From an uncultured Nitrososphaerales archaeon (GTDB taxonomy: Archaea > Thermoproteota > Nitrososphaeria > Nitrososphaerales > Nitrososphaeraceae), in the NCBI GenBank assembly GCA_963695855.1, contig CAVOHZ010000010.1, positions 576,001 through 640,000 of the forward strand: a stretch of DNA of 64,000 nt. The letters are read 5' to 3'. A program made the position numbers and the translations under genes. This document shows positions 43,875 through 53,545 of the stretch, piece after piece. Every line of letters starts with the position of its first letter. Position 1 is the stretch's first letter. The notes beneath the pieces were generated by a model that ran no database searches, was not told where the DNA came from, and was given only the letters and a program-made list of their open reading frames with translations.

Positions 43875-44768
43875 TTGTTAAAAGATAGTGTGGTTATCGC
43901 AGGACCAGCATCAGAGCAGTTAGCAGCTAATATTGCAAAAAGATTAAACATAAAAGTCATAAAACCTGAGCTCAGGATATTTGCAGACGGGGAAAGTAAA
44001 ATAAAGATGGAATCTGTGGAGAATAAACTATGCATAATTATTCAATCTCTTTATCCTCCTATCGACAGACACATACTGCAATTATTAATGATGATCCAAA
44101 AGTGTAGGAAAGACAAAGCATTAAAAACTATTGTAGTGGTTCCATACATGGCTTATGCAAGACAGGATAAAGCCTTTCTCGAGGGTGAAGTGATAAGTAT
44201 ATCAATCTTGGCAGAAATTATAGAATATTTTGGAGTTAATAGAGTAATAACGGTCGATATCCATAGTGAATCATCGTTATCTTATTTTGGAAATATTATC
44301 AAAAACATTTCGGCAATTCCAATATTAGCGGAATACGCTTTGCATAACATATTTCCTAATAATGTTATAATTATTTCTCCGGATTTTGGTGGATTAAAAA
44401 GAGCACAAAAATTTGGGGAAATAATACAAAGAGAAGTAACTTTTCTAAAGAAAACACGTGACAGACTAACAGGAATGGTTTCTATTGAGGATGTATTGGA
44501 TTTTAAAGTAAAAGATAAAGACGTAATTTTGGTTGATGATATGATTAGCACAGGTAATAGCATAATAAAGGCTTGTGAAGTACTAAGAAAAAATGGAGCT
44601 CAAAGAATTTTTGTAATTTGTTCTCATGCATTACTGCTTGATAAAGCGTTAGACAAAATAATACGAGCTGGCGCAACGGAGATAATCTCTACAAATTCCA
44701 TTCCCAACAGTTGTTCCAAGGTCAATCTGTCGAAAATTATATCTGAAGTAATTAGTGAGATTAGCTGA
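43875..44768 (+). CDS. prs: ribose-phosphate pyrophosphokinase
   Basis: FADGE, PYMAYARQDK, VDIH, SPDFGG, VDDMISTG. Confidence 0.96.
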   Translation: MLKDSVVIAGPASEQLAANIAKRLNIKVIKPELRIFADGESKIKMESVENKLCIIIQSLYPPIDRHILQLLMMIQKCRKDKALKTIVVVPYMAYARQDKAFLEGEVISISILAEIIEYFGVNRVITVDIHSESSLSYFGNIIKNISAIPILAEYALHNIFPNNVIIISPDFGGLKRAQKFGEIIQREVTFLKKTRDRLTGMVSIEDVLDFKVKDKDVILVDDMISTGNSIIKACEVLRKNGAQRIFVICSHALLLDKALDKIIRAGATEIISTNSIPNSCSKVNLSKIISEVISEIS

Positions 44769-45185
44769 TTGGATTATTGTCAAGTATTAGCAGTTATAAT
44801 TGGAAATGACAAGATATATTATCATTATATATCTAATATATTTTGTTTTATCTTGTAATGCTTGGACCGGTAGCAGCAGAAGTAAAGCAAGAACAAATAG
44901 AGCAATTAACCGAACAAGATGAAATTCTTTATAGAAATTTTATCAATACTTTTAAAACAAAAATACAAAAGATGATTGCACAAAGGCATTAAGATATTTT
45001 CTTGAATTTCTTGGAGTTAAAAACGGTAAACGCTATTCGGTTCTTGTGGACCCGAAAAAAGACAAGAAGATGATAGAATCAGATATCAAAGATTTTTTGG
45101 TATTTCTCAGGGAAAAGAAAGGAATATCCTATAACTCTGCTACTCGATATTTTAAAGCAATAAAGAAATTTTACTATGTTAATTC

Positions 45186-45908
45186 GGTCCTGTTAAGTTA
45201 ACACTATTTCACCTCCAATTTTGAATACAAGTTCATTTCTATTTTTTGCGTTGTATAGATAAACGAATAGTTTGATCCAATTGTATACATGTGATAGATC
45301 ACAATTATTCCTACTCTTTTGGTTTATACAAGGATAATAATCATCAAAACATTCTGACCTGTCTTTAAAGTATTGCATCACTCTTTCAATCAGACTTCTC
45401 TCTAAAGGAGAATGCAGTCTATGTTTTAGATGCAAAAAAGTACAGGCTTGTGGGTACCATGTACCTCCATCAGTGTAAACTGTATGTCTACCATATTTGG
45501 ATACAAGAGATTGGATAAAATTCTCTGCTACAAACATGTTTCTCTCTTCTGAGATGTAGATCCCAAGCACAGATCTGTGAACAGGTTCAATACAGATCCA
45601 CAACCAGAAATGTTGATTACCAATCTGAATTATAGTTTCATCTATGATGAATGCTGATACTCTTTTTCTCTTGTAAATCTGTAATGAACCAAATCGTTGA
45701 ATCCATTCCCAGACTGCAACATGACTTCTTTTCTCATCTCTAAAGATTACTAATGCTTTAGATGTATTCCGTAGACTCAAACCAAGAAAGTACAAATACA
45801 AAGAATACATTACTATACATGTAGATGTTCTATTTCTGACAAATCTCAATAACATATGTCAGAATAGAACACTCGCAGCTAAAGCTCTATCGTTAACTTA
45901 ACAGCACC
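45186..45908 (-). mobile_element. IS6-family insertion sequence (723 bp), apparently intact
   Basis: 17-bp TIRs GGTCCTGTTAAGTTAAC / GGTGCTGTTAAGTTAAC (16/17); 8-bp TSD GTTAATTC at 45178-45185 and 45909-45916. Confidence 0.95.
45193..45855 (-). CDS. IS6-family DDE transposase
   Basis: [36 protein letters not shown]. Confidence 0.92.
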   Translation of the reverse strand: MLLRFVRNRTSTCIVMYSLYLYFLGLSLRNTSKALVIFRDEKRSHVAVWEWIQRFGSLQIYKRKRVSAFIIDETIIQIGNQHFWLWICIEPVHRSVLGIYISEERNMFVAENFIQSLVSKYGRHTVYTDGGTWYPQACTFLHLKHRLHSPLERSLIERVMQYFKDRSECFDDYYPCINQKSRNNCDLSHVYNWIKLFVYLYNAKNRNELVFKIGGEIVLT

Positions 45909-46238
45909 GTTAATTCTGAACTTGAATTTAAATGGCAATTTATCAAGATGTATCTTGGCAATGATGATGATGACTAATGACTAACCACCTTTTTTATAGA
46001 TAGTGGAGAAAATGGAACCAACAAACAAACAGCAGTAGCAACAAGTCAAGAATAATAATAATAAATAAAAAATCTCATAAATGATTAAAGGATTAAATTA
46101 TATGATAATAATAATACAATAATAATATTATGAAGATAAAATCTATTATACTTCTAACTGTATTGATTGGAATTATTTATGGCATCTTTCTCTATTTCCT
46201 TGTCTAAAATCAACAATTTTTTATTTTACTTTATTTTA

Positions 46239-47155
46239 GAGCCTATCCCAAAAATAGATAGGAATATAGCTTGTTGGTTTCTTATCATATATGATAATGT
46301 TTGAGTAAGAATAAAAAGTATATTAGAACAATTACATGTATTCCAGATGATCTTTGGAATGAAATTACAAATATTTTACCGGATGAGAAACCAGACAATA
46401 CAATAGGTCGTCCAATTGTTCCATATAGAAAAGTATTTGATGGCATCATGTTTATCCTGAGGACTGGATGTCAGTGGAAAATGTTACCCAAAGAATATGG
46501 TTCAGGTTCAACATGTCATAGAAGATTTCAGGAATGGAGAGAATCAGGAATATTCGATATACTATGGAGTAGATTGCTAAAAATATACGATAACAAGAGA
46601 GGAATCAAATGTACATTGCAATCACTTGATAGCATATCCGTAAAATCACCTTTAGGGGGGCGATGACTGGACATAATCCTACTGACAGAAGTAAATTAGG
46701 CACCAAAAGACATATTTTAACGGATAAGCATGGTATTCCACTATCTGCTCTTATAACATCTGCAAATACTCACGATGTTACTACTGTTGCAATTGATACA
46801 GTTGACACCATGGTTATCAAAAAACAGTTTTCAAAATCAACAACAAAATACAGTAACAAGAACAAGAAGAAGAAACAAAATCTATGCCTTGATAAAGCAT
46901 ATCATTCCAAAGAAGTAGAACAAGAAATTGTCAAGAGAGGATATATTCCACATATACGACACAGAAGAGAAGAAAAGATATTTTGTAGAAAACATCCATT
47001 AAGATGATGGGTTGTAGAGAGAACAAATTCATGGCACAATAGATTCAGGAAATTATTTACAAGATATGAAAAGAAGGAAGAGGAGAACTATCTGGGTCTT
47101 GTAAAATTAGCAAGTAGCATAATTGTTTACAGGAGGATAATTTTTAGATAGGCTC
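46239..47155 (+). mobile_element. IS5-family (IS427/IS1031-like) element (917 bp), two-ORF transposase inactivated by a nonsense codon
   Basis: Inverted ends GAGCCTATC...GATAGGCTC flanked by TA; orfA 46301-46666 (LRTGCQWKMLP), orfB from 46663 (GTKRH, LDKAY); TGA 47005-47007 precedes in-frame WVVERTNSWHNRFRKL. Confidence 0.92.
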
Positions 47156-47231
47156 TAAATTTAGATAAATTATGACTATACATTAGTCATCAATACATAC
47201 GTTTTTATACCTTAGTAACGTATATATTTAC

Positions 47232-47564
47232 ATGTCAGCAAGAAAAGAAGAAATAAAAGGAAAGAAAAATATAGCTGTACAATTAAACATACTTAAAGTT
47301 CTGTTAAATGAACGTCCTCTTATCCCATTATTGAGAATACTAAAAAAGAACAAAGAGTTGCACACAAGAGAATTACTTATGACAATGGGAAGTTGGGGAT
47401 ATGGACAATCCTTACTGAAAAGAGCAACATATTTAGAATTGATTGAAAGACAAGTAAAAAAAGAAAAATCTCCTAGGCGAGGGAAACCAAGGATTTATAA
47501 TTCTTTAACAAATAAGGGTAGAGAAGTAATAGGATTAGCTGATAAAGTCGTATACACAAAGTAA
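47232..47564 (+). CDS. winged-helix DNA-binding protein
   Basis: Basic; LIER...PRIYNSLTNKGREV wing motif. Confidence 0.7.
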   Translation: MSARKEEIKGKKNIAVQLNILKVLLNERPLIPLLRILKKNKELHTRELLMTMGSWGYGQSLLKRATYLELIERQVKKEKSPRRGKPRIYNSLTNKGREVIGLADKVVYTK

Positions 47565-47897
47565 TTGTTTGGAAAAAACCTCTTATCTATTATAAGATTA
47601 CTAGTATTTGAACAAACTTTAGCCATAAGTAGATAAGAATTTTTGTTGTCTGATAGTAACTAATAGTATCGAAGTTACTTCAAATATTAATCACTTTATA
47701 ATCGTTTAAATGGATTAAGGTTTTTATCCTCTCTATAATGTATAACTATTGTAAGTCATGTGAATATTAGGTAAGATGAATAGCTACGCTAAAATTTTCC
47801 CCAAATGGTCGCTATTCTGAAAGAATTAAAGAACTAGAACTAGCTATACATACCTTAAGTATTAATCAAAGTTTTTTTATAAGCTCAAGGTATTATT

Positions 47898-48332
47898 TTA
47901 TGATTGTTCCACCGTTTTTTTTAATACTTCATTCATTTTTTTAAAACTGGCTAAAATATCGTCTGCCGTTTTTTGTGAAACTAACTTAAGACCTATTCCT
48001 GAAAATATTTCTTTATTGACAAAATTGACTTTATTATCAGATAGTTTTTCAATTGAAAAAATTCTTTCACCCTCAAATATCTTTGAAGAAAAGAATTTTC
48101 CCTTCCATCGTAATTCATGATTAGGAGTAATTTTTGTAATTTTTGGATGATAAATTCTATTCTTTCCCCCTATTGTATTTACGTGAATTTCTAATTTATT
48201 ACCTATGGAAAGTTCTCCTATTATTTTTATAATTATTGGATTCCATTGGGAATAATTTTTAAAATCAGTAAGTATTTTCCATACAATTTCTGGTCGAGAA
48301 TTTATTTGGATTTCAGTAGCAAGTTCTGCCAA
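47898..48332 (-). CDS. SRPBCC/polyketide cyclase-like protein
   Basis: IVWKILTDFKNYSQWNP, ELRWKG, EIFSG. Confidence 0.9.
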   Translation of the reverse strand: MAELATEIQINSRPEIVWKILTDFKNYSQWNPIIIKIIGELSIGNKLEIHVNTIGGKNRIYHPKITKITPNHELRWKGKFFSSKIFEGERIFSIEKLSDNKVNFVNKEIFSGIGLKLVSQKTADDILASFKKMNEVLKKTVEQS

Positions 48333-48799
48333 TATGTAAATTAATAACTTGATACGTTTTTAACATTTACTCTAATCTTGACGCATATGTAACAAACGCA
48401 TTATTACAATCTATGAAGATACAATAACATTAATGCATTTATTATTGAACGTGCGACTGAGCTTCCTCCTTTTCTACCAATATTAGCAATATTAGGGATA
48501 GTAGTTTTAGAGTTCTTTTTTAGATTCGACTGCAGAAACTATTGTTTTTATTAGCTTTTTTGAAGATAATATAATAAAGAAATCAAAATAGATTGTTTCA
48601 AGATATGTAACGCCAAAAAATTGAAAAGTGCATTCACCGAAACGACAGACAAAATATAAATATAATGGTAAATTAAAAGTCGGAAATTCCGATATACGAA
48701 TATGAAAAACGAATTCAGCTAGATTCAAATCGAACAAAATCGAGGATATAAACAAAGGCAAAAGAGAATAAATTGTGTGCAATAATACACAACGATACC

Positions 48800-49132
48800 A
48801 TGAAATGGTTGTCATTAAAACAGCCCTTTGCAGACCTTTTAACTCATGGTGAAAAGACAATGAAGTTAAGGAAATGGAATACTTCATTTAGAGGAGAATT
48901 TTTAATCCAAGCATCAAAAAACATCGATATAGAATCCTGTGAAAGACTCGATATGGATACTAACAAGCTTACAGTAAGAGCGATAATAGGTTCTGCCTTT
49001 CTATATGATGCCAAAGAATATAATAATCGAGAAGAATTTGAAAGGGATAGACACAAACACCTTTCTGTAGTTACCAAGTATTTTGAAGGTTATACATACG
49101 GTTTTTTGGTTAGAAATGCAAAGACTATCTAA
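48800..49132 (+). CDS. ASCH domain protein, probably C-terminally truncated
   Basis: LSLKQPFA..GEKT..LRKWNTSFRGEFLIQAS. Confidence 0.85.
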   Translation: MKWLSLKQPFADLLTHGEKTMKLRKWNTSFRGEFLIQASKNIDIESCERLDMDTNKLTVRAIIGSAFLYDAKEYNNREEFERDRHKHLSVVTKYFEGYTYGFLVRNAKTI

Positions 49133-49299
49133 AACATGCTGGATTATTGATAGGAACAAGAAGAGGATTATTTAAAATAACAGAAAAAGGTAAAAATGTA
49201 TTAAAACAAAATATTAACAAAATTGATAATAAATTTTTGGAACAGTTTTCTGAATTCAAAGAATTTACAATGGTGAAAGATACAGCAATAAAGAAATAA
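49126..49299 (+). pseudogene. mrr: Mrr restriction protein N-terminal domain remnant
   Basis: Start-less frame YLKHAGLLIGTRRGLFKITEKGKNVLKQNINKIDNKFLEQFSEFKEF matches the second half of Mrr_N. Confidence 0.75.
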
Positions 49300-49327
49300 A
49301 TTCATTTATTTATTACTCTAGCGATAT

Positions 49328-49351
49328 GAATAGAATAGAATAGAATAGAAT
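49328..49351. repeat. (GAATA)n microsatellite, about 4.8 copies
   Basis: gaatagaatagaatagaatagaat. Confidence 0.85.
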
Positions 49352-49436
49352 GATTGATAATATCTTAGTTAGTAACGTAATTATTTTACGTAAATGTGAT
49401 AGGATAAAGACGCAGTTATAATTGGAAATGATATAA

Positions 49437-50357
49437 ATGACTGACATGAAACTTGTTTTTTTAGGTACGTCTGCAGCGATCCCTACATTGCAACGTGGTC
49501 TATCATCCCTAGCAATCGTTAGAGGAAACGAGATTTTAATTTTCGATGCCGGAGAAGGAATGCAAACAAGATTTATTGAATCAAAGATTGGGATGAATAA
49601 AAAAATGAAGATTTTCATAACTCATATGCATGGTGATCATTGTGTGGGATTGTTAGGTTTGCTGCAAACTCTTTCCTTAATGGGAAGGAACAAGCCTATA
49701 GAAATTTTTGGAGAACCAACGATCGGAGAATTTATAAATCAAAATATAAGAATAATTAATTTCAAATTAACTTTTGATATTACTATTCATAAAATATCTG
49801 GAGAGGGAATAGTAATAAGTGAAAAAGATTATAAAATTACCAGTTGTTTTGCGGATCATTCGAAGTTAGCTTATTCTTTTTGTCTGGAAGAATTTGACAG
49901 GCCTGGAATTTTTCATTTAGACTCGGTAAAACGTTTGGGGATTCCAGAGGGAAAGATTTATAGTGATTTACAACACGGAAAAGATATAACTTTTAAAGGA
50001 GAGAAAATATCTTCAAAAGGTATCACAGGGCCACCGCGACCTGGAAGAAAAATAGGAATATCAGGAGATACGAGACCTACATTAAAATTAACTAATTTCT
50101 TCAAGAATTCAGATGTTTTAATATTTGAAGCGACTTTTTTACACAAGGATATTGAGAAGGCAAAAGAAAGTTTTCACTCAACTGCTTTCGAAGCTGCTTT
50201 GCTAGCGAAGAATTCTAATATTAAAAAACTAATATTAACACATTTTAGTGCAAGATACAGGGATATCGCTCCGATAGAAAGCGAAGCTAGAAAGATCTTT
50301 GAGAATGTATATATTGCAAACGATTTGGATGTTTTTATAGTTCCGTATACTAAATAG
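49437..50357 (+). CDS. rnz: ribonuclease Z
   Basis: FLGTSAAIP, DAGEG, THMHGDH, exosite, SGDTRP, HST, THFSARY. Confidence 0.96.
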   Translation: MTDMKLVFLGTSAAIPTLQRGLSSLAIVRGNEILIFDAGEGMQTRFIESKIGMNKKMKIFITHMHGDHCVGLLGLLQTLSLMGRNKPIEIFGEPTIGEFINQNIRIINFKLTFDITIHKISGEGIVISEKDYKITSCFADHSKLAYSFCLEEFDRPGIFHLDSVKRLGIPEGKIYSDLQHGKDITFKGEKISSKGITGPPRPGRKIGISGDTRPTLKLTNFFKNSDVLIFEATFLHKDIEKAKESFHSTAFEAALLAKNSNIKKLILTHFSARYRDIAPIESEARKIFENVYIANDLDVFIVPYTK

Positions 50358-50413
50358 GGAGAAAAATAATAGAATAGCAATCAGATAAAAATCGATGAAA
50401 AGAAAAAATAATT

Positions 50414-50812
50414 TTATTCAATCTGATTATTTTGTAAAACGCTGGCTTTTGTTGCGTTAAGAACGTATTCTGCTACAATACTCGTAGCATTTGTATTCTT
50501 CAACGTTTCGATTAATAGTGGGATTCTTTCCTGTGCTATTTGTTGCAATATTGAACTATCTACTACACTACTATTTACCTCATCGATAACGAAATCAATA
50601 ACTGTATCTGTAGCATTAGAATTCTTCGTAATATTTATTACCAATGGCAAATTAGCTAGAACATTTTCAAAAGAGTTAGAAGTATTTTTAGTAGATTTCG
50701 TTGTAGTATTATTTGGAATTTCTGCAAATATATCATTTAATAGAGTCAAATTTGCGAGAAGAGACCATATTGCAACCATGACAATTAATTTATGTATTAT
50801 TCTCATGTTCAT
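50414..50812 (-). CDS. secreted hypothetical protein
   Basis: Signal-like N-terminus; several N-x-S/T sequons. Confidence 0.6.
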   Translation of the reverse strand: MNMRIIHKLIVMVAIWSLLANLTLLNDIFAEIPNNTTTKSTKNTSNSFENVLANLPLVINITKNSNATDTVIDFVIDEVNSSVVDSSILQQIAQERIPLLIETLKNTNATSIVAEYVLNATKASVLQNNQIE

Positions 50813-51775
50813 TAAGGTATTACTAATTTAGAAATTTATTAATTTTTCTAATTTATTTTTTGACTATGTGGTAACATAATTTTAACACTTCTTAATGCTA
50901 AGAACAATTTTAATATAAGGTATAACTTTCTATACCTTTAGAGATGATAGTCTAACGCAGAATTTTATAAATTCGTATCTAATCCAAATAAAATTCACTT
51001 TATTATAAGAAATGTGAAAAATAAGATGAATTATTCAATCTGAAATTATAGTTTTATAATTAATTAGGGAGTATTGTTGAAAGGAAGAAAAGTTGTCATC
51101 TTATCATCATTTCAAGATCAAACCCACTGTTAACAATCAAAATGGTAGCATATCTCAGGTACTAAGACATAATACACCAGAAAAATCCTATTGAATTAGG
51201 TCATAGAACTTCTCTGAGTCAAGTTATTCGACTGCCTTGCATTCAAATTGCGAACAATTTTTATTGGAATTTTTTTATGGGTATCGAGAATTTATCATTT
51301 TTGGTTGATATACACCATTCGATAAAAATTCCTAAATTCAGATTGTCGATTAATGAATTGGTTTATCAAAACAGCGATAGAAGAACCATATTTTGAAATG
51401 CAATGTTCTGAAATAAAATTTCTAAAAACAATTCTGACACTTCATTAACGTCCTGATCAATAAGCTGTGATCCAGTGAACTTCGTAATTGACAGAAAAAT
51501 AGTATATTGAAATTACTAAAAGATGAAACAGGTAATAGTATACATCTCTTTCAAAATTGGCAGATTATATTGATTGAACAAGGCCATCAATTAGAAAGGT
51601 GGTTATTTTTGGCATCACGTTCTAAGAAAGAAGCAATTATTAAAAAGAATTAAACTGAAGGAATAATCAAGTAGTGGTATTGTAATAGACCGACTACAAT
51701 TATAGAAAATCCAAAAAAACTAAGGTCTAGGTACAGTGCAAAAATATAATTATTAGGAATTATTGCCTCGTCTAT

Positions 51776-52192
51776 TTATGGATAGGTTCCCTTTTTATCT
51801 CGTTCATCGAATACATTTTTCATAACTTCCAATCCATTTAAAGCAGCCGGAAATCCAGAATACAAAGATATCTGGATAATTATTTCCAGAATTTCTTCAC
51901 GCGAACACCCTACATTTAAAGCACCATGAATATGTGACTTTAATTGCGGTTTTGCATTACCCATGGTTAAAAGAGAAGATATTGTAACAATTTCTCTTGC
52001 TTTGAGGTCCAAACCTTTTCTATTATATATTTCTCCAAAAGCGAACTCGATGATATATCGAGACATGTCTGATGAAATATGATTTAAATTTTCTAATACT
52101 TTAGTCCCAATTTCTCCATAAATTTCTTTAAAATGTTTAAGCCCTAGCTCGTATCTAGATTCATTCATAGAATAAAGTAGTCTTCCAATCAT
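51776..52192 (-). CDS. carboxymuconolactone decarboxylase family protein
   Basis: EFAFGEIY.R.GLDLK.RE, H..GALNVG, YSGFPAA. Confidence 0.9.
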   Translation of the reverse strand: MIGRLLYSMNESRYELGLKHFKEIYGEIGTKVLENLNHISSDMSRYIIEFAFGEIYNRKGLDLKAREIVTISSLLTMGNAKPQLKSHIHGALNVGCSREEILEIIIQISLYSGFPAALNGLEVMKNVFDERDKKGTYP

Positions 52193-52282
52193 ATATTAAT
52201 TATAATAATCATATCATAATTCACTAACAAATATTAATAACAATAATAACAACCAAGTTTAAGAAGGTATACAAAAATTATA

Positions 52283-52471
52283 TTATGTTCTAGTTTGCGC
52301 AGAAGTAAGATCAGGGTGTTCTTTTCTTAAATGAATCTTGAGATCTCTCTTATTATAACATATTCTATTACAAATTTGACAGGTTATTTTTTCATAGGCT
52401 TCGTCGGATCTATTATTGGTCATCTTGATTTGATCAATTATTTTTGAGAAATAATCTTTTAGACCAAACAT
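52283..52471 (-). CDS. small C2H2 zinc-finger protein
   Basis: CQICNRICYNKRDLKIHLRKEH. Confidence 0.75.
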   Translation of the reverse strand: MFGLKDYFSKIIDQIKMTNNRSDEAYEKITCQICNRICYNKRDLKIHLRKEHPDLTSAQTRT

Positions 52472-52648
52472 ATTTCTAATATTATTTTTTCACTTTATAA
52501 AGTTATTCATACGAAACGAATTTTTAGAACAAGTTAAAAATACAATCAACATTGATTATTCCCGATTCGTAAACAACGAAAACAATAAAGAAATCCCGGT
52601 TGATATCAGCACAATAAGTAATATACCAGATATTTTCTAGTAATCTAG

Positions 52649-53410
52649 TTGAAGATTGAAGAATTTCTTTCCACACTTCCCGCTGGAATAATTTCTGGAA
52701 AGGAAATAAATATTACTGACAATGTCTTTAGAAATATTTTCAGGTTTGCAGATCTTTCTTCTAGAGATATTTTTTTTTATCTAGGATTTGGAAATAATTT
52801 AAATGCATTGAATATTGCTAAGAAAGAATTTAATACAAAAGAGGTTTTTGGAATTGATAATAGGACGAAATTTGCTGATAAGGCAAAAATGGAATCACAA
52901 AGTGTTGAAATAAATATCATCAACAGAAATATTGATGAAGTGGATTTATCCAAGGCCACAATAATTTTTTTTTGGTTTAGTAATATCAAACAGATCGACC
53001 ATCTAGTAACAAAATTTGAAAATGAATTGACGAAAAATACAAGGATAATAACAGTATTATCACCTCCAGGATTATTACTTCCTTCAAAAGTTGAGTTTCC
53101 ATTCATATTGTGTAAAAAACCATTCAAGTATGCAAATAACATAAAAGAACAAATTAAGGCGATTTATGGAAATGAATGTTTAGATTTTACAGCCTGCTGG
53201 TTATTATCAGAACAATATATTAAAAAAATGGAAATAAATGGAGAATATTCAAGGTTTACAAATGTGTTGATGAGTATTATAATATGGATTAATGCATGGA
53301 ATATGAAAGCGACGTGTGAAGAAGAGATTCCCCCGCCAGTACAAAGTTATCTAGGAATTCTGCGTACATTCTTTAACATAGATCTTAAAGAAATGATTGT
53401 TAGGAAATAG
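52649..53410 (+). CDS. methyltransferase-fold protein
   Basis: DIFFYLGFG, GID, DLSKATIIFFW, TRIIT. Confidence 0.65.
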   Translation: MKIEEFLSTLPAGIISGKEINITDNVFRNIFRFADLSSRDIFFYLGFGNNLNALNIAKKEFNTKEVFGIDNRTKFADKAKMESQSVEINIINRNIDEVDLSKATIIFFWFSNIKQIDHLVTKFENELTKNTRIITVLSPPGLLLPSKVEFPFILCKKPFKYANNIKEQIKAIYGNECLDFTACWLLSEQYIKKMEINGEYSRFTNVLMSIIIWINAWNMKATCEEEIPPPVQSYLGILRTFFNIDLKEMIVRK

Positions 53411-53545
53411 CACAATAATCGAAGGATAAAAACTTTCTACTGACAGTTCTGTCTTATAAACGAGGAAAATTAAAATGAATTACACTAAATTGGTTCAAAG
53501 GAAATCAATTAAATATTGCTAACAATTATTCGTAAAGTTATCATC

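Larger units (their letters stand above)
44858..45977 (+). pseudogene. tyrosine recombinase/integrase N-terminal fragment, frameshifted and interrupted by IS6
   Basis: Reconstructed ...LYRNFINTFKT/KNTKDDCTKALRYFLEFLG...IKDFLVFLREKKGISYNSATRYFKAIKKFYYVNS|ELEFKWQFIKMYLGNDDDD*; frame resumes after the TSD; resembles integrase SAM-like N-domain. Confidence 0.7.

Noticed and set aside
45960-46140. GAT/AAT/CAA short repeats after the integrase fragment
   Set aside because: Irregular low-complexity sequence; no repeat-spacer structure, so not CRISPR
47005-47007. In-frame TGA as possible selenocysteine or readthrough
   Set aside because: Position corresponds to a conserved Arg (AGA to TGA); a nonsense mutation is simpler
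48507-48887. 126-aa minus-strand ORF in the island
   Set aside because: Overlaps ASCH antisense and has an atypical composition
51060-51660. Possible degraded gene in the gap before the CMD gene
   Set aside because: Short start-less frames; no family could be recognised
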